Assembly: GCF_000146505.1 (NCBI RefSeq)
Contig: NC_017448.1
Span: forward strand, 2,340,001-2,372,000
From: Fibrobacter succinogenes subsp. succinogenes S85
GTDB taxonomy: Bacteria > Fibrobacterota > Fibrobacteria > Fibrobacterales > Fibrobacteraceae
Length of the DNA stretch: 32,000 nucleotides
Direction: 5' to 3'
Each line of letters begins with the position of its first letter. The stretch's first letter is position 1. The notes below the pieces were generated by a model, which was given only the letters and a program-made list of their open reading frames with translations, had not been told where the DNA came from and did no database searches. Positions 22,018 through 30,113 of this stretch are shown piece after piece. The position numbers and the translations under genes are program-made.

Positions 22018-24284
22018 TGACGGTGAAAGCTCCTTTTAATTTTGTTCCTGTCTCTGACAAGGTTTATTTCCCGGAATGGGCTAGTTATATATCGCACGAT
22101 ATTCCTTTTGAAGACGGTGTAAGCGGCAGCATTAAGGTGAAAATTACGGCAAAGTCGCCCATCTTTGTTCGCAATGGCCATACTCAAGGCGATGCCGACG
22201 AAATATCAGATGCTTATAAGCAGTTCTCCAATGTCGATGGCAAGTACTACATTCCGGGAACCTCCATTAAGGGGGCTGTACGCAGCGTGCTTGAAATTAT
22301 GAGCTTCGGCAAGATGAGTACGCAGGAGACGCACAAGTTTGCACATCGCGAATGGGATTACAAAGAACTGTACCAGATAAAGGGCTCACTTTTGAAATTA
22401 AGGTGCGGCTGGCTCAGAAGAAAATCCGATGGAACATACTGTGTTCAAAGCTGTGGCAAACCATGGCGTATCAGTTTCAAGGATTTGGACAAGTATCTTG
22501 GAAAAAACCTGTTTGAACAAAACTTCTCGAATGCGAATAAGAAATCAACTGATTTGAATACTGCGCAAAAGGATGCTCAGAAACGGGGACATTTTGAAGA
22601 AGACCCAAAATCGGCAATGTTTAAATACCGTTTTTTTGATGACTTGAAAAAGACTCGAGATGGTATACATTTTGCAACGATTCCGCCTAAAGAAGGTAAG
22701 CCTGATAAGCGGAAAGTTCGCATAGATGAGAATGGCGAAATGGTGGGGAGTATAGTCTTGACAGGACAACCGGATGTTTCTGGTTTTATCGATCGCAAAC
22801 AGGGTGACGGTAAATTTTATGAGTTCGTTTTTCAGGACAAGCCCGAAAAGAACTACCCAATTTCTGAAGAGATGTTCAAGGATCTCGCTTACATTTACAA
22901 GGATAATCCTGAATGGGCTTACCATGCAAAGAATTTAGAGACCAAGGGCATTCCCGTCTTCTTTAGAGAAGAAGGTTTTGGTGATAGAGCGAAACTTGTG
23001 GATTGTGGTCTCGCCTATATGTATAAGCAACCATTTACAAAATCCCCTGCAGATTGGATTCCTTCTGCCCATAATTCTAATAATCACGATTTAGCCGAGA
23101 GTATTTTTGGCTATATCGCAAAAGAAAAGGATAAGCCCTCGTTAAAAGGTCGTGTTCAGTTCGGCCATGCCTTTAGCAAGGTTACAACGGGTTGTAAAAA
23201 GGATACTGAGTTTGTGCTTGCTAATCCGAGGGCGTCGTATTATCCGCTTTATGCGAGTGACGGAAGCTGGGATGATGCAAATTCAATTGCAGGTCGTAAA
23301 CGCTATGTTGTAAGAACCGGTGAATACGGTGTTGCGGATTCTGTCGGAACTGACAACATGAAGTCTATGGCGAATGTACTAAATGCCGGTGCCATATTCG
23401 AAGAAACCATTACATTCCATAATCTTAAACATATTGAATTGGGAGCTTTGCTTTCTGCTTTGACATTCCATAACAATGCGACGTGCCTACATTCCATTGG
23501 TCAAGGAAAACCTTTTGGCTGGGGTGCAACGTCGTTTGAAATTGAGGAGTTGGTTGTCGAAGGTGATCGCGAAAAAGATTGTCTCAAGTATATGGGCGAA
23601 TTTGAAAACGCCATGGATGATTTTCTGGGATCCGCTTGGGTTGATGATGCTGATATTAAGGAACTCTGTGCTATGGCGACGCCGATACCGACAGAGGCGA
23701 ATAGTACTTTTGAGTATATGAAACTCGATAATGGTGGAGTAAATGAGTTTAACAAACAACCTGCTCGTTGCGAAAATCTAGATCGCTTCACGAAAATTGC
23801 TTCACTGAAAAAGTGGAACAATTGGCAGATGGCCAAACCGAATTCCATCGTGAATATGCCTAGCGATGAAAAAGAAAAAATTCTTGCGGATATGGAAATG
23901 CGTATTCAGGAAAGCCTTGCCAAGGAGGCTGAATATGCTGCGGAGCGTGCCGCTGTTGAACAGGAACGTCGCGAAGAAGAGCAGAAGAAGGCTGCGAAAA
24001 AGGCTAATATGGATCTTTCGTTCTTGAACACGCTAACGACTTTCAAGGATGGGAAAAATAGGCTCGAGGCTAGCTTCAAGAAGCTTGACCTGTTGCCGAT
24101 TACGCCTGATGTCCTTGACCATCTTTCCGATGAAGCAAGACAATGCATTGAAAATTTTGTCGCACGTATGTTTGCTCGCCCAGAAAAGAAGTGGGGGAGT
24201 AAAAACAAGGATGTTGCAAAGGATGCAGCTATAGCTGAAGTCAAAAAATGGTTTGGTTCTGATTATAAGTGTCAGGGGCTTTAA
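22017..24284 (+). CDS. 755-aa RAMP protein (TIGR03986-like N-terminus) with a charged coiled-coil C-terminal extension
   Basis: The APFNFVPVSDKVYF start, YYIPGTSIKGAVRSVLE and the G-rich loop GQGKPFGWGATSFEI are RAMP signatures. The C-terminus contains EAEYAAERAAVEQERREEEQKKAAKKA. Confidence 0.8.
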   Translation: MTVKAPFNFVPVSDKVYFPEWASYISHDIPFEDGVSGSIKVKITAKSPIFVRNGHTQGDADEISDAYKQFSNVDGKYYIPGTSIKGAVRSVLEIMSFGKMSTQETHKFAHREWDYKELYQIKGSLLKLRCGWLRRKSDGTYCVQSCGKPWRISFKDLDKYLGKNLFEQNFSNANKKSTDLNTAQKDAQKRGHFEEDPKSAMFKYRFFDDLKKTRDGIHFATIPPKEGKPDKRKVRIDENGEMVGSIVLTGQPDVSGFIDRKQGDGKFYEFVFQDKPEKNYPISEEMFKDLAYIYKDNPEWAYHAKNLETKGIPVFFREEGFGDRAKLVDCGLAYMYKQPFTKSPADWIPSAHNSNNHDLAESIFGYIAKEKDKPSLKGRVQFGHAFSKVTTGCKKDTEFVLANPRASYYPLYASDGSWDDANSIAGRKRYVVRTGEYGVADSVGTDNMKSMANVLNAGAIFEETITFHNLKHIELGALLSALTFHNNATCLHSIGQGKPFGWGATSFEIEELVVEGDREKDCLKYMGEFENAMDDFLGSAWVDDADIKELCAMATPIPTEANSTFEYMKLDNGGVNEFNKQPARCENLDRFTKIASLKKWNNWQMAKPNSIVNMPSDEKEKILADMEMRIQESLAKEAEYAAERAAVEQERREEEQKKAAKKANMDLSFLNTLTTFKDGKNRLEASFKKLDLLPITPDVLDHLSDEARQCIENFVARMFARPEKKWGSKNKDVAKDAAIAEVKKWFGSDYKCQGL

Positions 24285-24288
24285 TCCC

Positions 24289-24687
24289 ATGCCCCGTCTT
24301 TTCAACGTAACAAACCATTCCGTTACCGATGACCAACGAGCAGATGCGATTGCATCGCTCGGCGTTGGTGATGTTGTCGATATGCCTCCCGATATTGCTC
24401 GTTGCTGGGGGACCGTGCCGCCGGAGCTTGACTCCGTTTGCGGCTATGTTCAGCCTGTAATTGACTGGCTTTCTTCTCAGGCAACAAAAGGCGATGTCGT
24501 GTGGGTGCAGGGCGAATGGGGCGCTGTGATAACGGTTGTGGCGTGGTGCGAGGCGCGTGATTTGCGTGCAGTGTATGCAACGACAAAGCGCGAGGCTACT
24601 GAAATTCATGGCGAAAATGGCGTGCAGATGACACATGTATTTAGGCATGTGCGCTTCCGCGATTTCCCGAAACTTGGAGCCCGTTGA
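24289..24687 (+). CDS. small accessory protein (132 aa), possibly Csx20-like
   Basis: The ATG at 24289 lies 5 nt after the upstream stop. Last gene of the operon. The family assignment comes from memory only. Confidence 0.45.
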   Translation: MPRLFNVTNHSVTDDQRADAIASLGVGDVVDMPPDIARCWGTVPPELDSVCGYVQPVIDWLSSQATKGDVVWVQGEWGAVITVVAWCEARDLRAVYATTKREATEIHGENGVQMTHVFRHVRFRDFPKLGAR

Positions 24688-24735
24688 CGCTTCGGCCATA
24701 CCGAATTTACTACCTTTGGTCTCGGAAATAAGACT

Positions 24736-25641
24736 ATGGGTAACTTACGCGCTATTCTCATGCCGGTCGCTATTCTCGCCGGCATCCTCATTCCTCAGGC
24801 GCACTTTCTGTCGCCGCTCTTGCCGTTCACTATCGGCATCATGATGTTCCTTACGTTCGTGACGAAAATTCCGCCGCAGACGCATGGTTACACGTTCAAG
24901 ATAGAAGCTCGCGCGTTTATCGCAAGTCTCGTGATTATCGCCGCCCTCTGGGGCGTTGTGGAGCTTTTCCACTTGCCGCGTGAAGTGCTTTTGGGCGGTG
25001 CCATCATTGCTCTTTGCCCGCCCGCGAATGCGGCGCCTGCGATGGCAAAAATGCTTGGTGGCAGCGCGTCCCTTGCACTCAAGATTTTCCTTAGCGGTAA
25101 CCTGATTGCGTGCTTTAGCATCCCGATTATCTTTGGCTATTTGACCGGTGCCGAGGCGGACCTTTCTGAAATCGCGATGAAGATTTTCAATACGATCCAG
25201 CCGATTATCAGCATCCCGCTTGCGTTTGCGTTTGGGCTCCGTAACTTTTACCCGGAGCTTGCCGACCGTGCCGCGAAATACCAGAAGTACACGATGTTCG
25301 TGTGGACGTTCTCGGTGTTCATTATTTTGTCCAAGGCGAGCTTCGACATTCGCGAGATGGGCTTTGCCGACTTGTGGAATAGCGGTAAGCTCCCGCTGAT
25401 GGCTGCGGTTTCGCTTGTGCTTTGTCTTTTGCAGTTTTGGCTTGGCTGGGTTTGCGAACGCGGTCGCCGTCCGATTGAAGGCTCGCAGAGCATGGGGCAA
25501 AAGAACACGACGCTTGTCATCTGGGTCTCTAGCCTTTACGCGGGCCCGGTGGTGGCTCTTGCCCCGACTTGCTACGTTGTATGGCAGAACCTCGTGCTCA
25601 GCTACATGACCGCGAAAATCAAGCCGAAGAAAGATAATTAG
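24736..25641 (+). CDS. BASS/SBF-like (bile acid:Na+ symporter family) membrane transporter
   Basis: Polytopic hydrophobic protein. ALCPPANAAPAMAKMLGGSASLAL resembles the BASS signature. Confidence 0.6.
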   Translation: MGNLRAILMPVAILAGILIPQAHFLSPLLPFTIGIMMFLTFVTKIPPQTHGYTFKIEARAFIASLVIIAALWGVVELFHLPREVLLGGAIIALCPPANAAPAMAKMLGGSASLALKIFLSGNLIACFSIPIIFGYLTGAEADLSEIAMKIFNTIQPIISIPLAFAFGLRNFYPELADRAAKYQKYTMFVWTFSVFIILSKASFDIREMGFADLWNSGKLPLMAAVSLVLCLLQFWLGWVCERGRRPIEGSQSMGQKNTTLVIWVSSLYAGPVVALAPTCYVVWQNLVLSYMTAKIKPKKDN

Positions 25642-25750
25642 AACTCCGCCTGCGCGGGCATGACAAAATAAAGTTTGTCAATCATCACATACAAGAAAAT
25701 TTTAAAACTTTTCTTTACTTTTTGCTTACGACCGCTTTATATTTATACAC

Positions 25751-26521
25751 ATGGTGTATTCGAAGCTGGTTTCATTTTTGATTGCCCTTGTGGCAATCCT
25801 TTTCGTGTCATTCTTTGTGCGTGACTGGTATGTGCTGCATCAGTGCGGTGCTGTTCAGTCGTGTCTAGATTCTACCAGCGATTTTCAGAACATCACAAAG
25901 TTTATTGTAACCTTTATTGCAACGCTGCTTGCGTTTACGATTGGCAGACGTTCAGTCACTAGGCGCGACCGCTTCTTTTTACAGATGAGTTTTTTGATGA
26001 TTCTTTGTGCTGACTTTTGTTTTAAAATTCTGTACAATTATTTTGGCACGCCTGACACTCGTGAAAATTTTATAACACTTGGCATCGGCTTTTTCTTCAT
26101 GGCACAGTTGATTTTAATTTATCGGCACTCGCGTACAAAGAATACAGACTGGTCGTTCCCGTGGATTTACTGTATCCCGTTTGCGGCTGTGATTGCGATG
26201 CTTTTCCTTGCGTATTTCAAGGTCCTTGAATCCGTGATGCTCATGGCTGTTATTGCGTACGCGCCGACGTTGCTTTGTTCGCTTTACATGGCGTGCAGGG
26301 CGACAACGCTAGGCTTTTTCCCGGAGAAAAATGCGTTCTTCATCATGTTCGGGATGATTTGCTTTACGTGCTGCGATGCGCTCACGGGAATTTCGCTCCT
26401 TACGGGGGCGGACCATTCAACCCGTGAAATCTTGGCGGTCGTGTCAAATAACTTTATTTGGCTTTTCTACGTCCCGGCCATTGTTTTCCTTGCTTTGAGC
26501 GGATATCGCCGCAACGTTTAG
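25751..26521 (+). CDS. polytopic membrane protein, YhhN/lysoplasmalogenase-like
   Basis: About 8 predicted TM segments in 256 aa. The family call is tentative. Confidence 0.5.
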   Translation: MVYSKLVSFLIALVAILFVSFFVRDWYVLHQCGAVQSCLDSTSDFQNITKFIVTFIATLLAFTIGRRSVTRRDRFFLQMSFLMILCADFCFKILYNYFGTPDTRENFITLGIGFFFMAQLILIYRHSRTKNTDWSFPWIYCIPFAAVIAMLFLAYFKVLESVMLMAVIAYAPTLLCSLYMACRATTLGFFPEKNAFFIMFGMICFTCCDALTGISLLTGADHSTREILAVVSNNFIWLFYVPAIVFLALSGYRRNV

Positions 26522-26581
26522 CCTACATGGTTGGTTCTTTTTTCTTAAAATTCTATTATTACCTCGTTCAAAGAGGTCATA

Positions 26582-26914
26582 ATGATTATTGATTTAAAAG
26601 GTATGGAGACGACTGTTCTCCCGAATTTTAAGGGTGGCGAAAAAGAATACAAGGCCAAGATGTATTTCGATGGTACGACGCGCATTATGCACGGAACGCT
26701 CGAAGCTGGTGCTTCTATCGGTTACCACAAGCACGAAACTAACAGCGAAATTATGTTCTTTGTCTCGGGGAAGGGCAAGGTACTTTTTGATGATGGTGTG
26801 GAATATGTCGAGGCAGGCCAGTGCCATTTCTGCCCGAAGGGCCATTCCCACAGCTTGATTAATGAAGGTCCGGAAGATCTCGTCTTTTATGCGACGGTCC
26901 CGGAACTCGGATAA
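26582..26914 (+). CDS. cupin domain protein
   Basis: GASIGYHKHETNSEIMFFVSGKG and CPKGHSHSLIN match cupin motifs 1 and 2. Confidence 0.8.
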   Translation: MIIDLKGMETTVLPNFKGGEKEYKAKMYFDGTTRIMHGTLEAGASIGYHKHETNSEIMFFVSGKGKVLFDDGVEYVEAGQCHFCPKGHSHSLINEGPEDLVFYATVPELG

Positions 26915-26935
26915 GTTTAATTTAATGGAGAAAAT

Positions 26936-28276
26936 ATGTCTAAATTAATGCGTTCTATTTCTGGTATCCGCGGAATCGTTGGCGATACCCTTACTCCGCA
27001 GGTTTTGCAGAGCCATGTGCGTGCATTCCTCGAAATCACGAAGGCTAAGCGCGTGGTCATTGGCCGCGATAGCCGCCCTACAGGCGATGCCATCGTTCAG
27101 TTTGTCGCTGGCATTTGCCGCCTTTCTGGCGTGGATGTCGTGGATGTTGGCCTTTCGACGACACCGTCTGTGGAACTCTTGACGACGCATTTCAAGGCTG
27201 ATGCGGGTATCATCATTACTGCAAGCCATAACCCACTCGAATGGAACGCTCTCAAGTTCCTCAACAACAAAGGCCTTTTCCTCGGTCCGGATGATGTGAA
27301 GCAGCTCTTTGCTCTCGCTGATGCAAACCAGTTCTGCTATCCGGATTACCGCACGATGGGCAAGTACGAAGTTGCCCCGGATGCCGATGGCATTCATATC
27401 GATGGTACGCTCAAGATTCCGTTCGTGGATGTCGAAGCCATCAAGGCCAAGCATTTCAAGGTCGCTGTCGATGCCGTGAACGGTGCCGGTAGCTTTATTG
27501 TGCCGCGCCTCTTGGAACAGCTCGGTTGTGAAGTTATCCGTGTCCATTGCAGCCCGGATGGCACGTTCCCGCGCGGAGCAGAACCGATTCCTGAAAACCT
27601 CGGTGACTTGCGTAAGGCTGTCAAGGATAACGGCTGTGCTGTCGGCTTTGCCGTGGATCCGGATGCAGACCGCTGCGCTCTCGTCGATGGTTTGGGACAA
27701 AGTATCGGCGAAGAATATACGCTTGCAATTGCAACGGACGAAGTACTTGCTCAGAAGAAGGGTAGCGTTTGCGTGAACCTCTCCACGAGCCGCATGAACG
27801 AAGATGTCGCTGCCAAGTACGGTTGCGAATTCAGCCGCGCGAAGGTCGGTGAAATCAACGTGAGCCTCCAGATGATTGAAAACGGTTGCGTCATCGGTGG
27901 TGAAGGTAACGGCGGTGTGATTCTCCCGGCGCTCCACTACGGTCGCGATAGCCTTGTGGCTGCAGCACTTGTGCTTAGCTGGATGGCCCACCACAATGGC
28001 GGTCCGGAAAAGTTCGTGGCTGAAAATCCGGCTTACGTAATGCCGAAGAAAAAGTTCGAACTCGGCGACAAGAAGGTTGCTGACATTCTCCCGAAGGTCA
28101 AGGCAGAATTTGCTGGCTGGAAGATGGATGAACGCGACGGTCTCTGGCTCGGGAGCGAAAAGTCCTGGGTACATGTTCGCGCCAGCAACACGGAACCTGT
28201 AATCCGCGTGATTGCCGAAGCTCCGACTGCTGAAGAAGCCGAGACTCTTTGTAGTAAAGTTGAAAAATTGATTTAG
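26936..28276 (+). CDS. alpha-D-phosphohexomutase (phosphoglucosamine/phosphomannomutase family, GlmM-like)
   Basis: Active-site loop TASHNPLEWNALKF, Mg-binding FAVDPDADR, and GGEGNGG. Confidence 0.85.
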   Translation: MSKLMRSISGIRGIVGDTLTPQVLQSHVRAFLEITKAKRVVIGRDSRPTGDAIVQFVAGICRLSGVDVVDVGLSTTPSVELLTTHFKADAGIIITASHNPLEWNALKFLNNKGLFLGPDDVKQLFALADANQFCYPDYRTMGKYEVAPDADGIHIDGTLKIPFVDVEAIKAKHFKVAVDAVNGAGSFIVPRLLEQLGCEVIRVHCSPDGTFPRGAEPIPENLGDLRKAVKDNGCAVGFAVDPDADRCALVDGLGQSIGEEYTLAIATDEVLAQKKGSVCVNLSTSRMNEDVAAKYGCEFSRAKVGEINVSLQMIENGCVIGGEGNGGVILPALHYGRDSLVAAALVLSWMAHHNGGPEKFVAENPAYVMPKKKFELGDKKVADILPKVKAEFAGWKMDERDGLWLGSEKSWVHVRASNTEPVIRVIAEAPTAEEAETLCSKVEKLI

Positions 28277-28299
28277 TCGCAAACAACAAATTAAACCAA

Positions 28300-28327
28300 A
28301 AGGGCTCGCCGTTTCCGGCGAGCCCTT
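28300..28327. terminator. bidirectional hairpin between convergent genes
   Basis: AGGGCTCGCCG-TTTC-CGGCGAGCCCT, an 11-bp perfect stem. Confidence 0.7.
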
Positions 28328-28354
28328 GAACATTAGAGAGTGTATAGGAAATCT

Positions 28355-29869
28355 TTAGAACTGTTCGAAGAACTTGTGGACTTCTTCAGGGACCCATGTC
28401 TGTTCCCAGTTCCAGCCAACGCCCATGTTACCGGTGTCGTGAGCTGTCCACTGATGGTCACCCGGCCAGCTGCACCATTTGACCGGGAAGCGTTCGTCGA
28501 CGGTCGTGAAATCGTAGCAGACGTGTCCGGTATTACCGCTCACTTCCTTGGGCTTTTCGGAGCTTGCGTCGGTGAAGTCGCCGTTGGCGTCGGCCTTGCC
28601 GTTCCGCTTGAGGATTCTCGGGAGGGCGCTGTTCTTGGCGCGGTTGTAATCGCATCTGCCGTCGTTTTTGCCGTGAACGTTCATCCAGGCGATCGGCAAG
28701 TTCTTCATGTTGTTGCCTTCGGGGAGCCAAATGTTATAGTCTGCGACGGCGTAAGTGGCTGCAGCGCGGACGCGGCTCTGCATGTCTTGCATAAGTGAGT
28801 AGCTGAACATGGCGCCAAAGCTAAAGCCTGTAATGAACACGCGGCTAGTATCAATGCAATAGTTGTCGTTCAAAGTCGTGAGTGTCTGTGCAAAGAAATC
28901 GTGGTCGCCCTGCCCCTTGGTCCAGAGGCCGCCAATGGCGTCAAGCGAAACGAAGATGTAGTCGCCGTTCTTATCGAGCACTTGCTGGCCGTAGTACGGA
29001 GTCGGATGGTCGTAGTCTGCTTTGTGATGCACGAAGTCTTCACCGCGGCTACCGTAGCAGTGTAAGGCAAAGAGAACCTTGTGCGGTTTCTTGTTGTCGT
29101 AGTTCTTCGGCAAGGTGATAAAGTAATCGCGGGTGTCGCTACCGACTTTGATTTGGAACTGGTCGCCGTTTTCGACGCTTTTGACTTTCTTCAGTGTGGA
29201 GGTGGTGCCGCAGCCCTTACTCGGAGTCGGTGCGTTCTTCAAGGCGTAACCAAACTTGTATGTAGGTTCGGATTTTTTGAGTTTCACGTCAACGGTCGTG
29301 TCGAGTGTTCCGAGCGGCACGGTGAGCGTGTCATAGCCTTCGAATGTAAAGCGGAGTGCTTCGTCCTTGGCGGCATCCTTCATGAGGGCGTTAGCCTGTG
29401 AGCCGAAGGAGCTGGTAAAACTTTCGTCCGTTGTGAACTTGAAATTCTGCTTGGCAGAGCCGACAGAGACCTGTGCAAAGTAAGTACCGCGTGCGTTCAA
29501 ACCTTTGCCCAAGTCGTATGTGCCTGCGCCCTGCAATGTCTTTTTGAAAATCTGGTGGCCGAGCGAGTTGTAAATTTTCACCTGCACGGGCGAGGTGCTG
29601 CTCTGGGAGTAAGAGAGAATGCCTTTGTTTACGCTGATATAGCCAACGGCGTTTCTGAAGCTCGGGTTGATGCCCACTTCGTCTTCCTGGATGGTGAATT
29701 TACCCTTGTCGTCTGTCGTGGCGTTCTTGCCTTCTTTGAGTAAGTCAACCGAGACACCTTTGAGTGCCTTGCCGTCGTTGTCAGAAACGGTTCCCGTGAT
29801 TGTGTATGCCGATGCCATCCCGCACAAGGCAAAACACGCGGCCGTAAATAGATTGGGCGCTTTAATCAT
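28355..29869 (-). CDS. secreted esterase (PHB-depolymerase/feruloyl-esterase-like alpha/beta hydrolase) with an N-terminal carboxypeptidase-regulatory-like domain
   Basis: I chose the start at MIKAPNLF (AGGAG upstream, signal peptide). YTITGTVSDNDGKALKGVSVDL is a CarbopepD_reg-like fold. The nucleophile elbow is GFSFGAM. Confidence 0.8.
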   Translation of the reverse strand: MIKAPNLFTAACFALCGMASAYTITGTVSDNDGKALKGVSVDLLKEGKNATTDDKGKFTIQEDEVGINPSFRNAVGYISVNKGILSYSQSSTSPVQVKIYNSLGHQIFKKTLQGAGTYDLGKGLNARGTYFAQVSVGSAKQNFKFTTDESFTSSFGSQANALMKDAAKDEALRFTFEGYDTLTVPLGTLDTTVDVKLKKSEPTYKFGYALKNAPTPSKGCGTTSTLKKVKSVENGDQFQIKVGSDTRDYFITLPKNYDNKKPHKVLFALHCYGSRGEDFVHHKADYDHPTPYYGQQVLDKNGDYIFVSLDAIGGLWTKGQGDHDFFAQTLTTLNDNYCIDTSRVFITGFSFGAMFSYSLMQDMQSRVRAAATYAVADYNIWLPEGNNMKNLPIAWMNVHGKNDGRCDYNRAKNSALPRILKRNGKADANGDFTDASSEKPKEVSGNTGHVCYDFTTVDERFPVKWCSWPGDHQWTAHDTGNMGVGWNWEQTWVPEEVHKFFEQF

Positions 29870-30113
29870 ACGTACTCCTTTTACCAAACTCCTAAGACAC
29901 ACCTCACTATAAACTAATCTAATTCCAGATGTGATGAATGTTACGCGTTTGCGCTCCATGTTTATGGATGAATTGTCTATAAAATGATTTTTACAAGTCC
30001 CGCTAAGGTTGGCGATGCCGAAGGGCCGGAATGCGCGGGCATGACAGAAAAAAGCGGCTCCTGGGGAGGAATCGCTTTTGGGTAGAGAGCTGATTTATGA
30101 AATTCGTTTATGA

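Noticed and set aside
29870-29959. N-terminal extensions of the two esterase ORFs (29870-29959 and 31662-31685).
   Set aside because: The internal ATGs are preceded by AGGAG and begin typical signal peptides. The extensions lack an RBS.
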